From Adineta vaga (Eukaryota > Animalia > Rotifera): DNA of 64,000 bases. Under the pieces are notes generated by a model. The model was not told where the DNA came from, did not search any database, and worked only from the letters and a program-made list of their open reading frames with translations. Numbering within the stretch: position 1 is the stretch's first letter; each line of letters opens with the position of its first letter. Shown in pieces: positions 39,785 to 51,760 of the stretch. Both the position numbers and the translations under genes were made by a program. The stretch spans positions 16,926,001-16,990,000 of the forward strand of contig CP075493.1 of NCBI GenBank assembly GCA_021613535.1, written 5' to 3'.

Positions 39785-41474
39785 TAGGGTGCGCACTTAA
39801 TTGAAATTTATTTACAAAAAGTAAATATTAAAGAATCAATCAATTGAAAAGATGACAGAAGAATTCAGAATATCAAATGCTCATCATCTACGACAAATGC
39901 ATCGCAAAAAAGCAATCGCTAAATCAAAATTTCTAAATATGAGCTCTATTAGGCATTTGATTCTATAAACTGCTTTGACGTAAGCGAAAGATAGTCGAGT
40001 CTCCTAGCATACTATTTTCCGAAAGCTGCACAAGAAAGTTATTTTATTATTCAAGTAAAGAAAGTTAGCACCATAGTCGAGTATTTTTTTATCAGGATTC
40101 GCTTGAGAACTTGTGCTGTGTCTAAGAATGGTTGTGTTGAATTCAGAATTTAATTTCCTATCAAATGATATAGATCTTAGGCAGTATTACCGCAGACGAG
40201 GATCTGAGTGTGAGTGTGACGATTTTTTTCTCTCGGTGATCCTCATCAAAAACTACATCATCTGATAGAGAATTAAATTCTGCATCCTACACAATCTTTT
40301 CGAAGACCAGCACATGTTTATAGGCGAATCCTGATAAAAAATACTCGACTATGGTGCTAAATTTACCTACGTTATTATTCCTCCTTTTATGTTTAAAACA
40401 TAAAAACGACCATATATTTATTAGTGATATTCTCACAATGCTGATAGATACACTACAGCTTGTTGTTCGATTGATAGAAATATTATTGAAAACGGAATAA
40501 TATTTACTAAAATGAATTATCCACAATATCCGTCATAGTGTCTGAAGTCCAATGAAACGTACTTTTGCAATTGTTGAAAATTCGTCCTCAAAGTCATTGT
40601 GACAAAGACTATGATGCATTTATTTAAAAAATATCACTGAATATTGTAATTATAAAGTAGAGAAACGAAAGATTTGTTGCAAAACACCATATTGATATTA
40701 TAATGAATAAAAATATTCTCATACAAGTATTCGTCAACAACGGATCCATCGAAAAGTATGATGCAGTAATTCTAAAGACTAGTATAACACAAAAAACTAC
40801 TCGAATATTCAGATGCAATAAAATATCAAAGGAAGTAATACGTAAAGGTATAAGCATTCAGCCGTCACGACGAACACAACGCAAAACAAACTAATCATAT
40901 AGAAAAACGTACGCAAAATACAGAAAAAATAACAGAGAGAGATGCGTAGGACTACGCAGTATATAATATCGAAACATTACTGCTATTTTCAAACAGCACA
41001 AACGCACAATTCGAGAAAAGGTAAGTACTGTATTACTTTGAAACTATTCAAGATACCTCAGTGATGTAACAAAATCAATACGACGTTAAAGTAGTCTTAA
41101 TAGTATTCATATTAAGTATTGATATAATCCAAACCATCTCTCAGTATAGTAGTACTTGTTCCCTTCCATTATAGCACCGCTATAAGCGATGTTCGCGACG
41201 GTGAAGATACCAAGCACAGATATTCTTGAGGTACAGGGATCTTAGTGGCTGAGTTGTTCTGATGTTGGATCATTGGACGGTCTAAACGCGTAACATTGCT
41301 ACACCTCTAGAAGATTAACGTCGTTATTGTTACGTCTCTATGTTCGATATTAATACCTAATAAGTTGGTTGGTATTGGTATCGGTAGTATCAATATTGTT
41401 ATATTTTTATTTCAATTATTCAATTAAAAAATCTTTCAGATAGTTAAAATTCAAGAGAAAATCAACAATAATTG

Positions 41475-44400
41475 ATGTCGTTTATCAGCAGATACGTCGA
41501 GCGTCTGATGGGTCATAGCAATCGTGATTCGCAACAAGCAAATAATCAGTATAAATATACAGTGATTGATTTTCATTATTCTTTTCATATCTTCTTTTCT
41601 TTAGAACATTAGCATCGTGGATACCTGTGTTGGCTATATGTTTCATTTTAATGGTTTTGGGAATCATTGCCGGAGTGATTGTTCTGTCATTACTTAGCTT
41701 ATATTTACCGAACAAGGCAGACGATATGGTCATCAATCACAACAGTAATGGTATGAAAATTACTTTTATCTATAATTCTTTTGCTCATGTTTCATTTTTT
41801 TCAAGTGATAAGAACCATAGACATGGCCCTTGCTACTAATCTGGATGTTAATAACATATTTAATATTGATAATTATGATTCAATCGGTAAACAAGTATGT
41901 ATCTTGCTTCATGACGATTGTGAAATGCATAGTCTCATTTTAGCTGGAACAATATCTTGGATATTCATCTTCAGTACTAAGTGTTCGATGGGCTGCTTTC
42001 AGTAGCAATACATTGACAGCTAGCACCAGTAAGAAGAGAAAACGAGAAATAAGGTTAGTTAATTTATTTGTATTTTTCTTAATTGAAAAGATATTCATTG
42101 TTATTTCTTTTGTTTAGTGATGTGCCTTCATGCATCAACGGCCTTACTGGAACGAACAACAGTGGGGAAAAAGTACTAATTTAGGTCTCACAATTCATAT
42201 AAACAAGTGCCCACAAAGTCATTGCAAAAGTGATCATTGTGTAGAAAAATGTTTACATGCCATAAAAGTTGATATTCAAAACAAACTTGGTTCAAATCCT
42301 TTCTCATTCAGTATCACAGCAGCTAATGGAAATGTTCATTCAGTTTCTAGTCAACTTTGCTCTTTTCAACGACCCGTTGCAGGTAGAGAAAAAACATTTT
42401 GTATCGAAAGAATTTTTGAAGTTGATAACTGTTGATTGAACTCACAATCAACGTAACCATTGGTTACAGAAAAATATTTTGTTGTAATATTTGAATTGAG
42501 TAATTCTTCTGTATAATAAGATTTGAAGTTACATATACATCGTTATATTATTTTCTTTGACGAGTACATCTGAATATTACTGTATCAAAATATGAACAGA
42601 AAAGTAAAATAGAAGGTAGTGTGTCATTAGAACATATAAATATATAATGAAACGTATATTATTATATGTTCCATAGTAGTTTCAATTTCATTTTTCTCTC
42701 AAAATTATCTTTATTTTTTTATTCATCAATTATAGCACCAGCAACTTGTTTTGATGGAATTCAAAATCAAGATGAAACTGATATAGATTGTGGAGGATTA
42801 ATTTGTCCACTACGATGTTCTACTAATCAAAAATGTCAAAGAATATCTGATTGCAGCAAAGCATCTTGTACTTGTGGTATATGTCAAAGTAAGTACAAAG
42901 AAATTTGACGGCATACAAGATGTATTTTATTTGAAATTAAATACTATACTATTCTTGTTTGATTAGTTCCTACATGCAGCGATGGTATTCGTAATCAAGA
43001 TGAATCAGGCATTGATTGTGGAGGAAAACTATGTAAAAACAAATGTGCGACAAATGTAAATTGCACGATAAACTCCGATTGTGAGTCATCTCTATGTGCC
43101 AGTAATAAATGCCAAGGTTAGTTTTAAATTACCTATTAGATTTACACTATTTCTATACCTGTTAACTGTTAGAGTAATTGAATATTTTATTGTATAGCTG
43201 TCATATAGTCTGTATATTTCTATCGAAACTGATTTGAATCTACTCTACAGTACACATATGTAAAAGCCTTAAGTTGAAGGAAAATTGTTTTTTAACCAAA
43301 ACCTAACAGTACCAATCGTCATAAAGAAAGATATTTACGCTTATTTTAGCACCACAGTGTAACGATTTTATACTCAATGGAGATGAAACTGGTATTGATT
43401 GTGGAGGCACGCTTTGTTCCAAATGTTCTGCTGGACAAAGCTGTAAAACAACTTCGGACTGTGGCTCTGGATTGTGTGTTGATGGTACATGCAAAAGTAA
43501 TAGCAATAACTCTAAGCAAACTCAAAAATATATAACCTGCTTTCACATAATATTCTAGGTCCAACATGTTGTGATGGTATCAAGAATGGTCTTGAGACAG
43601 ACGTTGATTGTGGTGGTCCCTCATGTAAACAATGTGCTGACAATATGTACTGTATGACAAAAACAGATTGCTCGAGTAAAAAGTGCACAAATAACATTTG
43701 TCAAGGTACAACTGGGAAAGTAAAAACTATTAAGTTAAAGCTTTTCCTCTTTATTTAGTACCAACCTGCTCTGATGGGATTGTTAATCGAGATGAAGCTG
43801 GCAAAGACTGTGGTGGAACTTTCTGCGCAGCGTGTCCAGAGGCTGCTCCATGTACTTTTACATCTGACTGTAACAATGTACTTTGTACAAATAGCGTCTG
43901 TCAAAGTATGTATAATATGAACAATCGAACGTATTTCATCTCCTGTCTTTTATTTTCCTTTCTCACAGCTGCCACGTGTCATGATGATTTGAGGAATGGA
44001 GCAGAGACAGACACCGATTGCGGAGGAACAACGTGTCCCAAATGTGATACTGATGGTGACTGTAAGGTTGATGCGGATTGTGCAAGTGGAAAGTGTGTTG
44101 GTCTCAAATGTCAAAGTAAAAAATGTTCAATGTGAAAAGAACAAACATTCTTCAGTGTTTCTTTTTCAGCTCCCAAAACCAATGATGGTGTGCAGAATGG
44201 AGATGAAACCGACGAAGATTGCGGAGGAACAAATCCAACCAAATGTGCTGTAACGAAAAAATGTAAAGTGACAGCAGATTGTGATAAAATGGCATGTCTA
44301 GAAGGAACTTGTGCAGGTAATGAACTTATAGTCTCTAAAAGGATACTATATCTTTCTTCTGAGTAGCTCCAACTTGTTCTGATAAAATCTTGAATGGTCT

Positions 44401-47400
44401 TGAGACAGATACCGATTGTGGAGGAACAACGTGTGGAAAATGTGCTGATAATGGTATCTGTAAAGTTGGAGCAGATTGCACCAGTGGAGTATGCCCTAGT
44501 GGAAAGTGTCTAGGTAAAAACATTCTTTGCAAAATGAACACACTCTTCTAAGCTCGTATTTTCAGCTGCTACAAACAGTGATAGTGTGAAGAATGGAGAT
44601 GAAACAGGTGTGGATTGCGGTGGAACAAGTGGAAAATACTGCGCTCAGGGAGTAAGCTGTAAAGTCACTGGTGATTGCGATAAGGCGGCATGCTTAGATG
44701 AAAAATGTGCAGGTAATGAACGTATAGCTTCTAGAAGCATACCATATCTTTCTTCGGAGTAGCTCCAACATGTTCCGATAGCATCATGAATGGTGCAGAA
44801 ACAGGCGTCGATTGTGGAGTAACATGTGGAAAATGTGCTGATAATGTTATCTGTAAGGTTGGAACAGATTGCACCAGTGGAGTGTGTGCTAGTGGCAAAT
44901 GTCTAGGTAAAAACATTCTTTGCAAAATGAACACACTCTTCTAAGCTCGTATTTTCAGCTGCTACAAATAGTGATAACGTAATGAATGGAGGTGAAACAG
45001 GTGTGGATTGCGGTGGAACAAGTGGAAAATACTGCGCTCAAGGCGTAAGCTGTAAAGTTAATGGTGATTGCGACAAAGCGGCATGTCTAGAAGGAACTTG
45101 TGCAGGTAATAAACTTATAGTCTCTAGAAGCATACCATATCTTTCTTCTGAGTAGCTCCAACTTGTTCTGATAAAATCTTGAATGGTCTTGAGACAGATG
45201 CCGATTGTGGAGGAGGAACATGTGGAAAATGTGCTGATAATGGTATCTGTAAGGTTGGAACAGATTGCACCAGTGGAGTGTGCTCTAGTGGCAAATGTCT
45301 AGGTAAACGAATTGTTAGTGAAAAGATCAGACTTTCTCAAGCTCATATTTTCAGCTGCCACAAACGGTGATGGTGTGAAGAATGGAGATGAAACAGGTGT
45401 GGATTGCGGTGGAACAAGTGGAAAATACTGCGCTCAGGGCGTAAGCTGTAAAGTCACTGGTGATTGCGACAAAGCGGCATGTCTAGAAGGAACTTGCGCA
45501 GGTAATGAACTTATAGCTTCTAGAAGCATACCATATCTTTCTTCTGAGTAGCTCCAACTTGTTCTGATAAAATCTTGAATGGTCTTGAGACAGATGCCGA
45601 TTGTGGAGGAGGAACATGTGGAAAATGTGCTGATAATGGTATCTGTAAGGTTGGAACAGATTGCACCAGTGGAGTATGTCCTAGTGGAAAGTGTCTAGGT
45701 AAAAACATTCTTTGCAAAATGAACACACTCTTCTAAGCTCGTATTTTCAGCTGCTACAAACAGTGATAGTGTGAAGAATGGAGATGAAACAGGTGTGGAT
45801 TGCGGTGGAACAAGTGGAAAATACTGCGCTCAGGGCGTAAGCTGTAAAGTCACTGGTGATTGCGATAAGGCGGCATGCTTAGATGAAAAATGTGCAGGTA
45901 ATGAACGTACAACTTCTAGAAGGATACTATATCTTTCTTCTGAATAGCTCCAACTTGTTTTGATAAAATCTTGAATGGTCTTGAGACAGATACCGATTGT
46001 GGTGGAGGAATATGTGGAAAATGTGCTGATAATGGTATCTGTAAGGTTGGAACAGATTGCACCAGTGGAGTATGTCCAAGTGACAAATGTCTAGGTAAAC
46101 GCATTGTTAGTGAAAAGAACAGACTTTCTCAAGCGCATATTTTCAGCTGCTACAAACAGTGATAGCGTGATGAATGGAGATGAAACAGATGTGGATTGCG
46201 GTGGAACAAGCGGAAAATACTGCGCTGTCAACAAAAAGTGTAAACTCACGGCCGATTGTAACAGTGGCGCGAATAATCTATTATGTGTTAATAATATTTG
46301 TGGCAGTAAGTTAGATGGATTTATTTACTTTTCGAGATCGCGTTAATCGTCGGAGGCTATAAAGCTGTTTTGTTTTGCTGTATTTCGAGGCTGTGGAAAT
46401 GTTTGTGAATGTAAGGTTAAATCAGTTGGACTATATGTATAGATGCAGTCTCACTATAGAATCATTAGAAAACGTAAGGGAACAGTTGTAAGTATTTTGA
46501 TTTTGTTTGAGTTGCGCAGCTGAAGGAAACATAGTCCTGAAAATATAGGAAAACTTGACGGTAGAATAAAATATGATTTTATTAATAGATTAATATCTAA
46601 AGAATTCGAGTCGATATTACTTACGTTATGTATGCTTCATGCGTATCATAGTTTTTACACGAAAGTAATCCTTCAGAGATTTAACATCGAGTCTAAATAC
46701 TTTGAAAAGTCAAGCATCATCATTAGCGACGTTTTTATTGTGCTGGATAAAAATTGCCCTATGAGTTTGGAACTAAATAATGATAGAGAATTAAAACTGG
46801 CATCTTTTTTGTTTAACTTTGGAAATCAAACAGTACTAAAAATATGATGCAGCTGTTCCAAAATTTTTTCGGCAACTTGCAAATATATTAGAGCTGTTGT
46901 GCCATGAAAATCTGGTAAGGACGAGCACGAACATTGAATAGAACGTCGAAAAGTGTTAATCCAATGAATTGCTAGAGCTTTTCAGTTAGATCATCCCGAC
47001 GGTATCTGACGCGATCACATAATAAATTCTAGTTAAAACTATTAATATTTGAGAGTAGAGTTGACAGGAAAAAGAGATCCACTCAATGTAACAGAATGAA
47101 CACGATAGAATGATAAAACTTGCGTGACAGTAATTTGGATGAATTTTTACAGAATATGATTTGCTGCTATTCAGAAATTTGCTCAGTACTCATTTATCTA
47201 GAGTGTGTTATATCCCATGAAGGAATGAAGTAACACTTTTCTCGGAACTTTTGTATCATCAGTTATACATTTAGTTGATTCAGAACTAGGAGAAACATGT
47301 GTTTTCGCGATTGCTTATTATGTTTTCGAAATTTTTACATGAATATTGTACATACGTATATAAAAGAAAATTTGAGGAGTGTTCACTATATAGTTTATTT

Positions 47401-48465
47401 GTCTTAGCACCATCTTGCCAAGTGCAGTTCACAGTGATCGATATTACAATAGATTCGCCAAGAGGACTGGCTATTGAAGACTTTAATCGCGATGGTAAAC
47501 TCGATCTCGCTGTGACTAACTATAATCAAAAACAAATCACAATTCTAACTGGAAATGGCGCTGGAGTTTTTACCGTAAAGACAACAGCGGCAAGCAGTGG
47601 CAATAATCCACAGAACATTAGAGCCGTTGATTTTGACAAAGATGATATAGTCGATCTTGTTGTTGAAAATTATGGAGGTTCTTCGCTGGATGTATTCAAG
47701 GGCGATGGTGCCGGGAACTTTCCTACCAAAACAACAATTTCAACTGGTGCTACACCAGAACCAATAGGTGTCGCTGACTTTAATATGGATGGTGCATTAG
47801 ATATTATTGTTGCTAGTTCCACCGAAAATAATGTGTGGACGGTACTTGGAAATGGTGCAGGAACTTATACACCTCAAACAAAATTTGCTACGGATAATAG
47901 TCCACAATCAATCGCTATTGGAGATTATAATCGTGATGGGAAACTAGATATCGCTGTTTGTAATCTTGGCAGCACAACTGTGAATGTACTGAAAGGAGAT
48001 GGCACTGGACTTTTCAGCTCCCTGACAACAGCAACAGCTGGTAATAATGCAGAAAATATCATTACAAACGATTTTAATCGTGATGGCATATTGGATCTAG
48101 CAGTTGTCAATGGAAATAGTAAAAATATTATTATTTCCACAGGAACTAGTACTGGAACTTTTACTACAACAGCGACTATTTCGTTAGGTACTTATCCAGT
48201 TGACGTCGTTGCAGCTGACGTGAATAACGATGGTCTATTAGATCTTGTTGTTGTTGATAACCACGGTACAAACTTACGATGGCTAAAAGGAGATGGAAAC
48301 GGAAATTTCGGTACGCCATCAACATTTAATTTCGGTATAGCTGGAGCAGAACAATGCGGAACCGCAGATTTGAATGATGATGGTCGAACAGATTTTATTA
48401 TTGGTTTCAAAGATCAAAATATCGTGAAAGTTGTTTTAAATACATGCGTATTTACCAACCCTTAA
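41475..48465 (+). CDS. Type II membrane protein: TM anchor, basic KKRKR site, 17 Cys-rich CxDGxxNGxETxxDCGG repeats, C-terminal FG-GAP/VCBS propeller; apparent frameshift near 42164-42172
   Basis: About 23 exons with consistent GT-AG phases. Repeat exons of ~147 bp run from 42736 to 46305. The last exon 47408-48465 has seven DFNRDGKLDLAV-type repeats. The start ATG is tentative. Confidence 0.85.
44170..46305 (+). repeat. Intragenic tandem array, ~395 bp unit (two exons plus two introns), ~5.5 units
   Basis: Units recur near 44367, 44763, 45156, 45552 and 45948 with near-identical introns. Confidence 0.9.
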
Positions 48466-48556
48466 TTATTGAACTTTAATATATTTACATTTCTTTTTTT
48501 CTCATTAATCATTCTATGGATTCACTGTTACTAACAACGCTCTTCGTTTATTTTCA

Positions 48557-49208
48557 CCTCGACTGTAAGGAGGGTTTTGTGGCAAAAAAAAGGCGGGTGA
48601 AAAACTAAAATTCTTTTGTAAAATACATGTGAAGCAAGATTCGAGTGAAAAATATATTTCGTTTTCCCAATGTCTATTCAAGAAGAATTGAACGGTGAGA
48701 CCAAATATCGTGTCCTGGTCTTCCAGAGTCCTTTCCTCGCCGAGCTATGGTGAACATACTGAGAGGGACCAAAAAAACACGTTTTCAAAAACTTGACTCC
48801 AGTTTTTGTTGTAGAAGGTTTCAAGCCTCGAGAGAATGTTTTCCTGATTCAGCATTGAAAACTGCATCTATCCATGTGACTTCCAGAGCGGTAGGACAAA
48901 AAAATGGATTTTTACGAGAACCAGAAAACTAAAACTTGAAAACCTTTTTTCGCAAATCTATCACAGGTTTCAGGAAAGCAGTTAGCCCTCTAATTGACAC
49001 ATGGTGAGATTCGCCGGAGGGTCTTCTTGAAATCTATGCTTGTAGTTTTTGGAAATCTTTTTTAGTTTTCGAGTTATTCGACTTTTACTGAGCACGATGA
49101 CTAAACGGCCAAGTACTTTTTCACTATTTTCGCGACTTTTTCTCTAAATGCAGTTTTGTCAACGCCGTATAGATTAAAAACCACGGAGAATACTATTGTC
49201 ACCATCTT
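48557..49208 (+). mobile_element. Fragment beginning with the HINE-like terminus cctcgactgtaaggagggt
   Basis: Same terminal hairpin as 30109 and 51434. The right end is uncertain. Confidence 0.4.
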
Positions 49209-49815
49209 GAGGATGTGGGTGTGGGTGCAACGATTCTTTTCTCTTAGGAACCCTCTTCAAAAACTACATCATTTGATAGAGAATTAAATTCTGCATCCTA
49301 CTCAATCTTTTCGAAGACCACCACAAGTTTATAGGGGAATCCTGACAAAAAATACTCGAATATGGTGCTAACTTTATCTACGTTATTGTTTGCGTCTTTT
49401 ACTTTGATACAAATAAACTTAATTGAACTCGTAACGCTATATTTTATGTTAATCGATTACTAACATCTTTCTATCATATTTGATTAGAAAGAGATATAAG
49501 AAGAAATATTTCGTTACAGACAAAATATTAGTTTTGGTTCTAAACAACAAGAAACATACAATACCTTTTACATTTATGTAAAATAATATACCAATGTATA
49601 CGAAAAGCGCGATATGTTTTCGAAAATGTAAAAAAAGCTAATATAAAATGGGCTCTTATGCTTCAGGAACGACATGATTGAGTAAGAAAAGTAGTAATAT
49701 CCCTGTTTTCAAGCTAAACTGAAATCTATAAACACTATTCTAACAATTTATCTTCATAATAACTAAAGTTTCATAAATGGAGAAAAAGAGCATTGTTTGA
49801 GTATTTGTTAATTTA
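49209..49815 (+). repeat. ~605 bp direct repeat, copy 2
   Basis: See 39179-39784. The last ~500 bp appear identical by eye. Confidence 0.9.
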
Positions 49816-50265
49816 CAAGCTGGCTGGTTAATGCTCCTCTTTTTCCTCCTTTTCCTCCTTTTTTGCAAAATGTATCCTCCTGCTCCTCTTTTTACGATAA
49901 ATCTCCTCCTATTCCTCCTTTTCCATTTGAATTCAAAAGTCGCTAAATTTTCGACATTACAAGTGTGATATAAGGGAATAATACATAACTTCTGACAGTG
50001 TGTCATGTTTTTTTTCTTTCTGTTCAGATATGGTTATTTCCAAATACATATTACATGTATATATAGGTGTCGTTCTATGAATGTGTTGTATATATACATA
50101 TTCTTGTATCTATGTTTTTTTTCTGTTCTCTCTGCAGCTGTGGTTTCTCTTCTTTCGCTCTATTCTTTGATAAAGATACCTTCCTCCTAAAGATCATATT
50201 TTAATGTACATTGAGACATACTAATAAGCTTGAAAGATTTTCAGATCATCATATTTTAACAACAA

Positions 50266-51410
50266 ATGCCTCTTTACTCAACTAGATTCCACACTTGTTG
50301 TTTAGAAAAATTGGATTCAGATGGTACTCCTGTTAAACGATGGCTCAAACAAGGTACAAACCCATCAACATTTATTTGTACTATATGTAAAACCGATAAA
50401 TTATCTTGTGGAAATAAAGGATGGCATTCAATTGAACAACATATGAGTAATAAGAAACATCGTGATAATTTAAAATTAATAAAACAAAATTCTACATTTA
50501 CTATTCAAAATGAATCATCTATTACCCATTTTCAGCAAAATCCATTGTCATCAACTATTTCAACAGTAACACTTACTCGTCCAAACAAGAATATGAGCTT
50601 TATGGATCAAGTGACACGTGCTGAAGCATTATGGGCTATTAATGCAGCACGTCATGGATACATTTATCGTTCTTGTGATGATCTAGGTGATTTATTCAGG
50701 ACTATGTTTCCGGATTCACGTATTGCAGAAAATTATAAAATGGAACGAACTAAATTATCATATGTTATATCATACGGTCTTGGTCCATTTTTTCATCACG
50801 ATCTTGTGCAAGACCTAAAAAAATGTGAACGTTTTGTTTTATGCTTTGATGAGCAAAAGAATTATCAAAACAGTAAGCAATTGGACCTATTATTAAAATA
50901 TTGGAGTGTTGAAAAACAGGGCGTAGTTACTCGTTATTATAAGTCTATTTTTCTTGGTCATGCTCCAGCTGAAACTGTTCGAGATGTTATTATCGATTCA
51001 TTTCGAACAGATGGACTTGATATTAAACGTTTATTGATGATTGGTCGTGATAATCCAAATGTAAATAAAGCAATTGAGAAACTTATTGATAAGCAATTAA
51101 AACAAGTTGGTGGAGAACTAATCAAGTTAGGTTCATGCAATATCCATGTGATTCATAACGCTTTTAAATCAGGTGAGAAAATATTAGATAATTGTTTAGT
51201 ATGAATATTGTTTTTTTAAGGTACAAAAACATCATGTTGGCACGTTGAAAATATTTGTATAGACTTATGGTCTTGGTTTCATCATTCACCTGCACGAAAA
51301 GAAGATTTGACTAAAATAACTGATGATATAAATGAAGCAGTTGAAAAAATATTCTTTATTTTGTTGCTACTCGTTGGGTATTACTTGGTAGAGTGATTGA
51401 TCGAGCTCTA
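50266..51410 (+). pseudogene. Truncated hAT-like transposase
   Basis: BED-like zinc finger CTIC...HMSNKKH, FVLCFDE, GRDNPNVN, CNIH (CxxH), ATRW. Intron ~51173-51220, a 1-bp frameshift in the A-run near 51345, and no C-terminal half after 51434. Confidence 0.8.
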
Positions 51411-51433
51411 GGTAAATTAATATCATTAATATT

Positions 51434-51760
51434 CCCTCGACTGAAAGGAGGGTCATATGAAAAAAAATAGTTTGTATGTTTGTGTCAGGGTCAAAGGTCA
51501 AAAAAACATATTTTTTGAAAATGCTCAAAACTTCATAAAACATCATTTTGGAGGGGTCTTGAGTCTTGATGTTGATTGGGAAGGGGGTCTTGACAAAGGT
51601 CAAAAAAACATATTTTTTGAAAATGGTCAAAACTTCATAAAACATCATTTTGGAGGGGTTAGGGCATATTACAAACCAATAACTGTTTGTAATTTCGAAA
51701 CAAATTTATGTTCTTGGCCAATTTCTACACTTCCTTTATAGAAGCAGCGTCCTCAGCTAG
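51434..51760 (+). mobile_element. Helentron/HINE-like terminus with internal 66-bp duplication (period 102)
   Basis: ccctcgactgaaaggagggtcatatgaaaaaaaatagtttg matches the element at 30109. Duplicated block starts at 51492 and 51594. Confidence 0.55.

Noticed and set aside
47299-48465. Stand-alone integrin-alpha-like gene
   Set aside because: The ORF start is intronic. The acceptor at 47407 splices in phase to the Cys-rich exons, and there are no integrin leg or C-terminal TM domains.
49830-49925. Arg/Lys-rich ORF 49740-50006
   Set aside because: It arises from a ctcct/ttt low-complexity tract.
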